Of a stretch of DNA of 64,000 nt, positions 25,101 to 37,942 are shown in pieces (positions within the stretch are counted from its first letter, which is position 1; the number at the start of each line of letters is the position of its first letter). A program made the translations under genes and the position numbers. The notes under the pieces were generated by a model. It had not been told where the DNA came from. It saw only the letters and a program-made list of their open reading frames with translations, and did no database searches. The DNA is from Camelus dromedarius (lineage: Eukaryota): positions 15,810,001-15,874,000 of the forward strand of contig NC_087468.1 of NCBI RefSeq assembly GCF_036321535.1, written 5' to 3'.

Positions 25101-27559
25101 GATGAAGTAGCACATCATTTCTGGAAAAGCAACATCTTTCAAAAGTTTAAAAACTGTCTGAAAGGTAGAGACTTAAAAGTTTCATAATGTAACAAGTAAA
25201 CTTTTATTATAAAATGAGACTCAGCCAAATGCCCCAAAGCTTGGGTTGAAATCACAGTAGTCTACACAGTTAGGACCCTTGGTCAACCAAAACCTACCAG
25301 TTGTAAAATTCCAGAACCTTGCATCTCAGCTGGTCTGATATGGTAATTTTTAAAATTTTTTAATTTCTTTATTTTTTTGTGGCTGGTAAAACTACTTCAG
25401 ACCTGATAAGACAAAAAAACAAAAATCCTACGAAGGAAAAAACACAAGAACATATGATAAAATTAGAATTCATCTTGACGCCAGCAGCTTCATAACCAGT
25501 TTAAAGTTAAGGCATAATAAAAATTATTGAAACTTTTAGATTTAAATTAAACAAATTTAAATTTGTTTTATTTTTGTATTTTGTAGATTTTTCAGAAAAT
25601 ATGAAATATTAGAATCAATTTTAATTCAACTATTTAGAACATTTTATTATCTGTTTGTAACCAGTTAATAAGTTTGGGGAAATCTCAATCATTTGATTCC
25701 AAGTCCAGATATTAATTGTGTGAAAAGTTAGACTAGTAATTGTTTGCTCCTTGAAAAGAATATTGATTTTTTAATGAAGTTACCTAATGAACAAATTAGA
25801 CATTAAGTAATAGTAATGAGTATTTCTCTTTCAGTACAGAGTTTTCTAAGACATCAGAGAGTCTACCAACACAGCAGAGGTAAGGATGGAACTGAACTGC
25901 AAGGTTTGAAGAATCATTCATCCATTATCTTTTGAGATGTTTCCAGAACAAATGTTCTCTAAGAGCAGCCTATCCTCTACATCCCCTGGGAACCTTGTGA
26001 TTCCACGGTCTTGGCCATAAATAATTCATTTAGAGGAGATGGTGGTTATTTCTCTTTGTCTTTCTCTATTGGTCACAGAATGGTACCTCCAGCATCCGGC
26101 AGGAAGAAGGGGTAAGAGTGACCAGGAAGATGCTGCTCTGAGCTGCCCATTGTAGAATACAGGTCTGGGTCAACTGAATCAGGCAGGGTGTCCCCCACCC
26201 CGTCACAGGCTCTCTTTATATGGAAGTCACACGTTGCAGTGCCCTAAAGTTCCCAGTCCCAACGTGAGTTCCCAGCCAACATCCCTACTTGTCAACTAGA
26301 GGTCCAGCCTGCTGCCACTTACACCTCTTTGGCTAGAAATGGAAGGGTGTCTGGGAAAGCAAGAATCTATGTGAGTTATCGCTGCTCTGACAAAAACTTG
26401 GGCCACTTAATAAGGAAGATAAGAAAAGTGAACATTGGGTGACAAATAGCTGTATCTGCCACAGGAGTGATCAATTTTCTAAACCAGTGTAATCTTCCAA
26501 CTGGGGAAAAGAAAAGAAAAATGGCACGCAGAGCGGAGAAACTTCCTGGAGATAGCCGGATGCGGACCAAGCAGACGGAGCATCCAGATGCGGGAAGATG
26601 AAAGCGTTTGTGATTTTGGGTTGGCCTGTGGCTGGATTTAGTCATCAATTGTGCACTCTCAGAGTCCTTGACTTTATCTGCAATCAGCAATTTCCCTCCC
26701 TTCATCCTCTCACACTTCTCCTATTTCAGAGGAAGAGCAGACCTGCTGTCCACTGAAGTCGTCCTTGCAGCCCACCCCGCGGACCCAATCCATTCCATTC
26801 CTGCTGCATCCCTGTGGTCTCCCCGTGTGCCTCTGTCTCCTTTGCTTCAACTCTCCATCTTTCCTACATTTGTACATTTCCATCTGTAAAATGTGAAACC
26901 CCAGGCCTGATAGTCAACCCGCCCATACGTTGTTTTTCTGTTATCGTTTCTGTTCCTAAGTATTTCAGTTTTGTGGCTCATACACCCACAGTTTCTTTTC
27001 TCTTTCTGGCCCTAGAAATGTGGAGTCTCCTATTCTGCCACTTTATTAAATCTGCTCCTCCATGGACACGTCAGATTTCTTCCTATCCAAATTTAATAAA
27101 TTAAAAAATGAGTGTCACCTTCCAACTTCCTGTTTTAACAGATAGTCTTGACCTTGTGTTCTTCCTGAAGGCTTTTCTTTTCAGGTTTGCTTTTTCTCTT
27201 TGGAATTCTTTCTAATTAGCTTTTCTCTCTTCCCTGCAGATATCCTGGGGACTGTTTTGGTTTTTTTCCCCCATTTTTCTCCTGTCTTTAGAGAAAAACC
27301 ACACTAATACGTCTCTGAGTCTTCATTCTCTGTTGTAAGCTCCCATTCCATTTGCATCTAGTTCTCTTGTCTCTCCTCTGGTCTAGCCCCACATTCTGAG
27401 TTGCTGTGGGGATTTCCACTTCAAGTCTCACCACGGAATCCACGAAATAGATGAATTCTGGTCTGGGAGGTGTAAACTTGCGAGATGGACCTAACTCAGC
27501 ACACCCAGGGCAACAGTGCTGGCTAGAACGGTCCCATATGTCTTCAGGAAAATTAATCT

Positions 27560-27680
27560 GCACTCAATAAGCATTTATTGTTACATACACCATCACGGTA
27601 TGTTCACAAAAGAAGGAAAAGACATAATCTGCCTTTGTAGGACCTACTCTATTGAGGAGATGAGACTGAAACACGTAGAA
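27560..27680 (-). mobile_element. L2 3' end
   Basis: cactcaataagcatttattg...aagacataatctgcctttgtagga. Confidence 0.5.
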
Positions 27681-29299
27681 CCATGACAACTCAATCTGCC
27701 ACCCCCAATCCCACCCCCCCCAAAAAGTGCACAGTTAAGTGAGACCCTGTAAGGATCAAGCTCTGAACCTGTGTGCATACAGCAGTAGGGAAAAGCACAG
27801 GAGACGGGGCCAAGCAGGGAGACAAGGCAGCATGGAGGAAAAAAGGGTTTTGGGCTAAGCTTTCTCTTTAGATAAAAACTGAAGTCCAGAAACTAAACAC
27901 TAAAATACCTTTAAAGGTTTCAAACTGTGTAAGCTGAAGTTAAGAACTAAGATCGCCAGAGAGAGAGAGAAAAATGCCATACAACATCACTTACGTGTGA
28001 AGAGGAGAGGAGAGGGAAGGAGAAGACCTTGTTTTCACAGGAGACGTGACAGTATAATAACAGGCTATTCTGTCCCCAGAGCCACAACAAAGGAAATAAG
28101 AGCACCTCTGAAAAATCCAAGAACGGTATACAGTGTACACCATATTTTGATGTAAAGTAAATTCTTTCCACAGTGCCGATTTCTCTGCTAACAATGGTGT
28201 TTATCAAGATTATTTATCACAAGGCATTAAAATAAATCTTTTTTTCAATTACCTTCCAGTGAAACATACCAGTTGCCTTTTGAATGGTGCCATATGGCCA
28301 CCAGCGATGCCAGTGGGGATGAACCTTGCTTATACGGTTCTCGTTACATGGGATGTGGGGGAGAGACACAGACACCTTTGCCTCCACGCCCTCTCCGCCT
28401 CTCCAGACGTGACCCAGTGTCTAACTGGAGACCCAGAACCCACAAAGCGCACGCGGAAGCCAGTGACCTGCTCCAGATCCATTAACTGTGCAGACGGAGA
28501 CCCAGAGAGCAGAAGGCGCTCGTCCACAGTCTCATGGCTGGTAGCAGGGCCAGACTTAGGACGGGCTTTTCATCCAACATCCCTGCCTTGTCCCCTCTGC
28601 CATGGTCTCCTAACAGACATATACAAAAATGAAATAGACTGTTAACCAAAATTGTACGGAGTGCTCTTCCCTTTTCTAATGCCATGCATCCAGACACCCC
28701 CTTCTGCGGTGAACCCCACATAAAAGAGCTGGTTCAATCAGCTTCAAACCCACTTAATGCGCTAGTCCTTTGGGGCAGACCACGTTCCGATGACACGTGA
28801 CAAGGCCTGGGCTTCACTCAGCCTTCCAGAAAGTGTTTCACTGAGTGTCTGTGGACGCCTCATCGTTTACCTTCGCCCAGTTCTTTCCTCCAGGCCTGGT
28901 TGAGCTTCGGACCTGCCCACCACACCCCCGTCGAGGCGGTCTTCACTAAGGGCAGAGGTGAGCAGCGCGTGGGGCTGGAGGGACTCAAGTTCTCACTGAG
29001 AAGGGGTAGGGAGGTCTCTGTGATTTCCTAGGTTTAAAAACAATGATTCTGTCAACTTCCCAATCGGTTTTTTGAATATATCAGTATTTCACCAAGAATA
29101 TCAAAGACCCCAAATTCTACACAGATTAGGAGTTTTTAAAATACATTCATAGAAAAGTCAGTAACTGGACTTTTTAAAAAGAAGTAAACAATCTTCAGGA
29201 CACCAAAGAAACCCATGAGAGACAACAATTATTAAGCTTTCATATTTCATGCAGCGAAATTAATGAACACATTCAGACTGTTACCGCCTGGAGGATACT

Positions 29300-29490
29300 T
29301 TTAAGGGTATCATCTCATTGAATTTTCCCACCACCACCACCAAGAAGAAGGTCTTTATTAGAACTGTTTCACAGATGAGTAAATTGAGGCTGGGAGCAGA
29401 TAAACAACTTGCCCAAAGTCACGCAGTGCGAAGTGGTGACACCAGGCCCTCAATCCAGATGCTTCTGTCCCCCGAATTTCATATTCTTTT
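29300..29490 (-). mobile_element. MIR
   Basis: tttcacagatgagtaaattgaggct...aacttgcccaaagtcacgcag. Confidence 0.75.
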
Positions 29491-30489
29491 ATGCCCTCTA
29501 AAAGGCAGAACACCGGACAGGACGGACCATTGATCTGAGCCAGTTCAGTGGTTTTTATGCACAGTGAAGCTTCATTAATCTCATATTACTGGGGAATGAG
29601 CTGTTCTACATAAGTGAATATTTCATGTAATGGAGGCTTTAAGCACTAAAGCTTAACATAAAACTTAGCCATTTTGAAGGGATTCTTTCCGGCTTGTGTG
29701 AGACGTTTCTGTTCTGCAGGTCACTTCCTGTGCCGGCCCTGTTTTCTCTGTCCCCAGTGTCGCCTGCCACCTGCAGAACCGACCCTGCCAGGCTTGGGGC
29801 CAAAGAACCCATGGGGCTGGGTGTGCATGGGTAGTTCCTACTTCCAGAAATTGGAACCTGAGTTTGGGCTCCAGTTGCTAATGGAAATCTGGAAGGATTT
29901 AATTAAGCCCCTGAGTGCCTCCGTGATCACAGAGCCGTCGCTATCTAGTCTCACACCGTCCCCGCCTGGACAGCAGGCATCATCGAGCTTCTCTGTGAGC
30001 ACTGGCTGCTCAGTTCTCCATTGGAGACTGAGGGCTGCTTATCACCCAGCACAACCCTTGCTCCCCATGGCCGTTTTCCCTCAGGTAGAGCCCTTCAGCA
30101 GTCTTGGTATTGTTGAGCACCTTAACTAAAAACGGGTATGCTCACCTGATGCCCAGCCCAGAGCCCAGAGCATCTTCAAGGCCTCTTGCCCCGCCCCCTG
30201 GGACATGATCCCTCGGACTTTGGTGGGAGCCTTGGGTCATCTCCGGTGTGCTGGCCCGGTCAGTTTTCCTTGGTCCGCTTGCTGTGTTCGTTCTAACTTG
30301 GCTGGAGTGTGCTCCACACTGCAGGTGAAAACTTCCAGTGTAACCGCTGTCTTGGGGGCAGTTACTTATGACAGTCTGATTTCACTTTGAAAGTCACTTA
30401 GAATTGTTACCAAAATGAATTAGAAGACTGTTAAAGGAAAAAAAAAAAAAAACCCACAAAAACCAAAACAAACCCTGAAGTCCCCTGCT

Positions 30490-31615
30490 CTGCTCCTCCT
30501 TAAAACTTTTGAGTTGAATTGTGGTTTTTGATTTATTAAATTTTATCGTTTTTTCCCACTTTTTATTGGCTTTTTACTAGATGAGGCTTTCACATCCTTA
30601 TGTGATCCAACATCTTTGCTTTCCCTCATGTTTTCCAGATATATCAACATTTTTAGTTAAAACAATGTAAACTGTTCGCCTAATTTTTGTTTAGTATTTT
30701 GTGATTGCATTTCCCTTCTGGTTCAGAATATTTTCCTTCCTGGAGTTAATCATCACCGTAGTTTTTTTTTTCCCCTCGTTTCTTATTTGTCTATGTTGCT
30801 ATCACTAATTCTTTTCACTCATTAACACCGATGATTATCATGTCCCACCCAGCCCAAAGCATCCACTTTTGTTGTTGTTGTTGTTCTTGGGGTTGCTACT
30901 CTGGGAGTCCCCTACCTTCTTGCTCTGTTTGGCCAGACTGTGCTCTGTGTGGTACAGATGTGTGCCCACCCCAGCCCACGGCCTCTCTCCCAGAATGTAC
31001 CTCTTACTTCCTAAAACCCCACCTCTTTCTTGTCCTTGGTATATTCTCTGATTTCAGGAAAGTACACTCATCGATAGAGTCTTAAGCATGCATGAGAAAT
31101 ATTTTCCGAGAACTCAAACGTGTTCACATGTACTATTCTCTCTTCACACTTAATTAATAATTTGACTGCATGTAGGATTCTGAGATGCAAATATTCGTTT
31201 AAAATTTGAAGTTGTTGCTCAGTTGATGTCTAGCATTGTGTGGTTGGGAAGTCAGCTGACATTCATCTTTCCAATCATTTGCATGTAAACTATTTATTAA
31301 TGATTAGAGATTTTTGTATATCTTCATTGCCAATGCTCTGGAATTTCACAGCATGTTACTTGATGTGGCAATCTCTTTATTATTGTGCTCTGCACCCAAC
31401 AGGCTCTTTTAACGTTAATACTTCTGTCTCTCAGATATCAGAATATTCTGTGCATCAGTATTTTTATAATTTCCTCTTTATTTCACTCTGTTCTCTTTTT
31501 CTGGAACTTTATTACACCGCGGTTAGTGATTGATACTCAAATTTCCTCTTCTTTCCTATTGTTGTCTTTTTGTTCTGTTTTCTGAGAGGTTCTCTTGACA
31601 TTATTCTTTCATTTT
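30490..31615 (-). mobile_element. HAL1-like (half-L1) element, left segment
   Basis: ctttttctggaacttttattacacc...gtctttttgttctgttttctgagaggttctcttgac resembles antisense HAL1. Similarity resumes near 33860. Confidence 0.55.
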
Positions 31616-31624
31616 TTATTTCCT

Positions 31625-32285
31625 TTTAGTTTTTTATTGAAGTAGAGTTGACATACAATATTATATTAGTTTCAGAAGTACAGCATGGCAATTGATGTCT
31701 ATATGCATCATGAACTGATCGCGACAATATATCTAGTAATCATCTATCCCCATACAGATTGATTGCAGTATTATTGACTTTATTCCCTATGCTGTACATT
31801 ATGTCCTGTGACTTATTTATTTTATAACTAGAAGTTTGTACATCTTAATCCCCTTCACCTGTTTCATCCAACCCCTGTCTTCCTTCTGGCAACCACCATC
31901 CATATCGATGAGTCTGTTTCTATTTTGTTTGTTTGCTTGTTTTGTGAAATCATATGNNNNNNNNNNNNNNNNNNNNNNNNNNNNNNNNNNNNNNNNNNNN
32001 NNNNNNNNNNNNNNNNNNNNNNNNNNNNNNNNNNNNNNNNNNNNNNNNNNNNNNNNNNNNNNNNNNNNNNNNNNNNNNNNNNNNNNNNNNNNNNNNNNNN
32101 NNNNNNNNNNNNNNNNNNNNNNNNNNNNNNNNNNNNNNNNNNNNNNNNNNNNNNNNNNNNNNNNNNNNNNNNNNNNNNNNNNNNNNNNNNNNNNNNNNNN
32201 NNNNTTTTTAAATTAGTGTTTTTGCTTCCTTCCAATAAATAGCCCGAAGTGAAATTGTTGGGTCATATGATAGTTCTAATTCTTT
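31625..32285 (-). mobile_element. L1MA9-like 3' end (spans gap 1)
   Basis: attgaagtagagttgacatacaatattatattagtttcag...ataactagaagtttgtacatcttaatccccttcacc. Confidence 0.75.
31957..32204. other. Assembly gap (248 N)
   Basis: Run of N. Confidence 1.
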
Positions 32286-32288
32286 GTC

Positions 32289-33384
32289 TTTTTCTTTTTT
32301 AAGTTGAAGTTGAAGTATAGTTGATTTACAGTGTTTCAGGTGTACAGCAAAGTGATTCAGTTATATATATATATATATATATTTTTTTCAGATTCTTTTC
32401 CATTATAGGTTATTACAAGATACTGAATATAGTTCACTGTGCTATACAATAGGTCCTTGTTGTTTATCTATTTAATATATAATAGTGTGTATATGTTAAT
32501 CCCAAATTCTCTATTTATTTCCATTCTTTTCCATTATAGGTTATTACAAGATACTGAATATAGTTCCCTGTGCTGTACAGTAGGTCTTTGTTGTTTACTT
32601 TGTATACAGTAGCATGTATATGTTAATCCCAAATTCCCAATTTATTTCTCCTCCCTCTTTCCCCTTTGGTAATCATAAGTTTGATTTCTATGCCTGCAAG
32701 TCTGCTTCTGTTTCATTTGTATCATATTTTAGATTCCACATATAAGTGATGTCATATGATATTTGCCTTTGGCTGACTTACTTCACTTAATATGATCATC
32801 TAAGTCTGCCCATNNNNNNNNNNNNNNNNNNNNNNNNNNNNNNNNNNNNNNNNNNNNNNNNNNNNNNNNNNNNNNNNNNNNNNNNNNNNNNNNNNNNNNN
32901 NNNNNNNNNNNNNNNNNNNNNNNNNNNNNNNNNNNNNNNNNNNNNNNNNNNGAGCTATTGTGAATTGTGCTTCCATGAGCACTGGGATACATGCATTGTT
33001 TCAAATTAGGATTTTCATCTTTTCCAGAAAAATGCTTAGGAGTGAGATTGCTGGATCATAGGGTAAGTCTATTTTTAGTGTTTTAAGGAACCCAGGAACC
33101 TTCTTCATAGTGGCTGCAACAATTGACATTCCCACCAACAGTGTAGGAGTGTCCCCTTTTCTCCATACTCTCTCCAGCATTTATTGTTTGTAGACTTTTG
33201 ATGATGGCTGTTCTGCCTGGTGTGAGGTGACACCTCATTATAGTTTTGATTTGCCTTTCTCTAATAATTAGTGATGTTGAACAACCTTTCATGTGCCTGT
33301 TGGCCACCTGTGTGTCTTCTTTGGAGAAGTGTCTGTTTAGGTCTTCTGCCCATTTTTTGATTGGACTGTGTGCCTTTTGGTAAT
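32289..33384 (-). mobile_element. Younger artiodactyl-type L1 3' segment with internal 131-bp duplication (spans gap 2)
   Basis: gaagtatagttgatttaca...(TA)n...cattataggttattacaagat, plus the well-preserved ORF2 end (cttctttggagaagtgtctgtttaggtcttctgccc). Confidence 0.85.
32814..32951. other. Assembly gap (138 N)
   Basis: Run of N. Confidence 1.
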
Positions 33385-33850
33385 GACCCCTCCCCCCATC
33401 AGAGTGGGCGCCATTTGGGAGGAATGCTGGTGCAGATTTTGGCCACCCTTCAGGTGGGGCACAGTGGGAGTTACTTTAGAGGGAGGCCAGTGCTGGCTGA
33501 GGCTTCCCCGCCTGGTTGGGTGGGACAGGACCTGCTCTGGAGGGGCTGGTCGGGGTGGGTCCTCAGGGGGCTGCTGGGTGGGACACATGGCGTTAGCTAG
33601 GTTTATGGAGAGTGACCTACATTGTGCCTGTGAATGCTGGGCCAGCCAGGGGGAAGAAGAATTTTTAAAAAGGCACCTTCCAGTGCGTGCGTCTGTTCCT
33701 GGAGAAAGTTCTACCTGGTCCCTGCCTTTCTGGCACACACCCTACACTTGTCATTAAGTCTTCCTATAGGATTCAGGTGCTTTTCAAGCTGCTGCCTCTG
33801 CCCTGGGAGCCAAGTGAGCTCCTTTTAGGGGTAGAGCCTCAGTTTCCCAT
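33385..33850 (-). mobile_element. L1 5' UTR-like fragment
   Basis: Minus strand reads ggaaactgaggctctacccctaaaaggagctcacttggctcccagggcagaggcagcagcttgaaaagcacctg, similar to L1M 5' UTRs as recalled. Confidence 0.5.
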
Positions 33851-33859
33851 AGTCCTCTA

Positions 33860-35040
33860 CATTTTAAACTTTCCATTGCATTTTTTTTCTATTGAATCTT
33901 TCATTTCAAATTTTACATTTAAAAATTTTTAAGAGTTCTTACTTGTTTTCCATTTGTCAAAAACTATGACATCCTGGTCTTTTGCTGTGGATGAATATTT
34001 TTTCTTAATCTCTAAAGATCCCATTTATACACAAAGTTTTCCTCTCCCTTCACTGTCTTGACTGCCTCTGAGTTCCTTTTGTTGGCTCTGTGTTGGCTTT
34101 TCTTGGTGGAGGGCTTACTTCCAGTGTGTTTTGGTCTGTTTATACTTGAGAATATCCTATTAAAGCAAATTAGTTGCTTTTTTTTTGAAGAAGAGGCAGG
34201 GCATGTCAAATATGTTGTGGATCGAAATCCAGCTGTTCATGGGAAAATCCTGCCTGAGAGTGTGGTTTCTGAGTGTCAGGATCACGTAGTATCTGTAAAT
34301 ACTGAGCGTTGGTATTTAGAGCTCTTTTCTTTGGGTGTGTTCTGTTTCCCCAGGTGAGAATCTTCCAGTTTCCTGGCCTGGCAGGTGGTGTTGGGAAGAT
34401 TGTATCCCCAAGCTGCCAGTGCTCTTAGAGTCTGCAGAGATGAGGGCACTTGGGTCTCACTGTTCTGGATATAGACTTTCATTCATGCCCTTGTTTTTCT
34501 TTTCTTTTTTTTTTTTTTTTTTGATTGAAGTATAGTCAGTTACAATGTGTCAATTTCTGGCACACAGCATAATGTTTCAGTCATACATGTTCATACATAC
34601 ATTCGTTTTCATATTCTTTTTCATTATAGGTCACTACAAGATATTGAATATAGTTCCCTGAGCTACATAGAAGAAATCTGTTCTTTATCTATTTAATATA
34701 TAGTAGTTAATATTTACAAATCCCCTGTTTTTGGATGTGTGCCTCCCCAGCCATCTGCTTTGATCCTGGGACAGGGCCATCACTAGATTTTTATTTTGTG
34801 AAATCACCTCCGGTTTCCTGCCAAGGTGGGAGAAGGAACCTGAGAATTTAACCACTTTCTTAACCTACTTTCAATGGATCCTCCTGTTGGAAGCCTGGCT
34901 CCTTATGCCCCTTGTTCCAGTGCTCTGCTTTCTGAGTCTTTCCAGGCGTCTGAGTCCAGACTGGGCTGGCTCTCAGGTTCCCTTTGGCAGGCCCTTGCTG
35001 TTGTGATTTACCAGCTCTGATCATTTCTTCTGAGGCTTTC
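33860..35040 (-). mobile_element. HAL1-like element, right segment
   Basis: ctattgaatcttttcatttc...tttaagagttcttacttgttttcc continues the left segment. Interrupted at 34499-34721. Confidence 0.5.
34499..34721 (-). mobile_element. 5'-truncated artiodactyl/camelid L1 3' end
   Basis: polyT + attgaagtatagtcagttacaatgtgtc...tacaagatattgaatatagttccctg. Near-perfect TSD cccttgttttt (34488-34498) / cccctgttttt (34722-34732). Confidence 0.8.
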
Positions 35041-35104
35041 TAGCCTGCAAATATTGCCTGATGTCTTCTTCCCACAGTGGACCCCTTTCTCTCTTTGTGG
35101 AGAT

Positions 35105-35125
35105 CACACACACACACACACACAC
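35105..35125 (+). repeat. (CA)n microsatellite
   Basis: About 10 CA units. Confidence 0.9.
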
Positions 35126-37088
35126 CACATGACTCTTGAGTAGGATATGAGGAGGGAGCAGAGATCTACACATGTGCTCAGGGTACCACATTTAACTAGA
35201 GGAAATCACTTGCCATCTTCATGAGAGCTTACTGAGCACAGTGTAAATGTCCCTTGCTGTCTTGGCCACACACGTGGATGTTAATTGCAGTGTGTGAAAC
35301 AGCCTTTAGGAGGCTCTACAGGTCATTTGTATCTGTACTAAGTGTTCCCTGGGCTTAAAAAAATTGTATCTGCCTTTTGTAAGCATTGCTTTCATTCATT
35401 CATTCATTCTTCATTCATTCAGTATTATTGTGTGTATACCACATGCTTGCCACTAGGTATGTAGACTGAGCCAGATAAAGTCCTGCCCTCTTGAAGTTTT
35501 CTGTTTTCTTCTTTGGGTTTTCACTTACTATTGTCAGTCATCTCTTCTGTTTCTTCTAACTTGTTCCTTCCAATGTGTTGTGAGCAAATAGGGCAATCAG
35601 GTGCTAGGCTAGTACATGAAGGAAGACTCAGTTGACTCTGAGCATGGGCCTCTAAGGTTCTAGGAGGTATAAAATGTGTGAACTTCGTGACACCCACTTA
35701 TGAGTTTATCTTTTTTATCTTTCTTTCTTCTTTTCTTTTTTCCTTCCTTCCTTTTTTTGATTGATCCATGGTTATATTTTTTGATAGTTCAGATCAGCAG
35801 AAAAGGGGCTTCTGACTCTAAAAGTTTGTTTAGGATCACAGAATTTTAGGTCTGGAGGATATCTTTGAGGGCACACCATACAAGCCTTTTCACTGCATAG
35901 TTGCAATGGTTCATGCCTGCCGAGGTAAGAAGAATTGCTCAGGGTCACACAGTTAGAGATTGGCCAAATCAAGGCTGAATCCTTAGATCCCTGAGAGCTT
36001 TGCACCCAGAAACACTCAGATTTCTAATCTTAAGAAATGTGCGTGGAAAATTAGCTGCCAGTTCAGGTAGTGGGAAATGACACCAGAGATGAGGTTCCCT
36101 CGTCTGAAGGAAGTGGATCTGATTAGAGACCTTCAGCCTGAGCCAATGCGAGGCTGGAGCAGGGAGAACGTTAATATCTGTACCCCTCTGATGTGTAATG
36201 TAATTACATTTGCACTTCAGCTTAACTGGAAAAAGAGCTTGAATTTACACCGCACACGGTTTTTACATGTTTTCTGCTGATCACTGCTTAACAAGTTATT
36301 TCACAGGAGAGGTTTGTTAGCTTTAATAGTCCTTAAATTACTTATGGCAATTACCTGCATCACTTTCAACTCCATGGAGGTTATTAAAATACTCTCACGG
36401 CAACTGTAAAGAAATATAAAAATAGGGAAAGATGAAATTGTGCCCTTTCCCTGAAGACATTTGCTTGGAATGTATTTACATTGCTTTTGAACAGGGGGCT
36501 GTATTTAATTGAAGATAAATATCCTCACCACTGAGCCTTAATCAACCTGAAAGCAGACATATCTCATTTGAAAAATTCTTTTGCATCCCTTTGGGTTTAT
36601 TCCAGTGCTGGTCCTCGCACAGGTAACGGGAATATATTTTGCTTGAGATTTAATAAGTATTTGTTGAGCCTCTAGCCTGTGTCAGGCAATGGCACATGTG
36701 CTATTTTATTTGAAGTTGAAGAATTCCTGTGAGCTATGTGATATTATATCTACTTTACAGATAAGGAAACTTAGGTTCCTGGAAGTGCAGTGAAAACTGC
36801 AAAACCACATAGCTACTAAGGGTAACTGATAGGATTAAAATTCAGCCTCAATTTCAGCACGATTTGCACTGTGTCGCAATTATGCATTTACCACCTACGA
36901 ATTAGATGTCCTTACCTGTAAGCAGTGTTGCTTCTGTGGGATTGTTTACAGGATTCAGCAGAGGTCTTTTGGGGGTCCCATCCAATCCCTAAAATTTCTT
37001 GTATTTCTGCCTGCTAATGTGCTCTCTTTCTGGGGTTCTCTTATAGAAATCAAAACCCAAGTTTGGGTAAAGTCTCTAACCCCTAGTG

Positions 37089-37295
37089 TCTTGCCATTCA
37101 AAGTGTGGTCCATGGGCCAGCAGTGTTAGCAGGATGTGGAGCATGTTAGAAAAGCAGGCTCTCAGGTGCCACCCCAGACTGACTGAGTCGGAACCCACAT
37201 TGTAACACGATGATCCCCAGGTGATGCACACACACTGCTCAAAAAAAAAAAAAAAAAAAAAAAAAAAGAAAAAAAAAGAGTTTGAGAAGCACTGG
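37089..37295 (+). mobile_element. MER5A carrying an internal poly(A) run
   Basis: tcaaagtgtggtccatgggccagcag...ccccaggtgat...[A run 37241-37277]...agtttgagaagcactgg. Confidence 0.8.
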
Positions 37296-37942
37296 TCTAG
37301 TGTGAGAGAGTTAGTTTTCTGTTCGAGAATATTGATCGTTTGAAGGAGCGGGAAGAGAGGAAGAGGGAGGACTCAGCAGAGGGGGAGAATCCAGACCCTG
37401 CCCATATCTCCATCTTGTCCAGGACTTGCTCCAGGTGATGAGCACAGGAGGGAACACGGCACACGGGGATTAGTTTTTGGACGATGCCTACTGTGATTTT
37501 CCTTGGAAATGGTCCACAGCATTTTCCTGTGAAGCGGCTGAGTGTGTTTCTGCTTTCTGTGGTAAGGAAGGCCTTCCCAACCGTGCCTCCATCACCTTCA
37601 CTTTTCATCCTGTTCTTTTCCTGGGCTTCAGTCTCTATCTTTGACTTATTTCGGAGCATCACAATCCGAGAATCTCACAGCAGCTTTTAACTCAAAATAC
37701 CAAACTCCAGACACATCCCCTTTCCCTCCCTACCTTCAGCAGAGCTGCTTTTTTTTTTTTTAACCAGTGGTCAATAGTGACAGTGATTTATTAATCCAGT
37801 CAATCATTCCACAAGGAGTTACTATGCAGCTGCTATGAGTCAGTCGCTGTTAACGGTCCTGCGCGCAGGGACCAGCACTCTCATGGGGCAGATGAACGTG
37901 CCAACACAGAACAGACTGCGTTGCGCGAGCTGTTCCAGTAGG

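Noticed and set aside
31836-33004. ORFs containing X runs
   Set aside because: Artefacts of translating N gaps inside L1 sequence.
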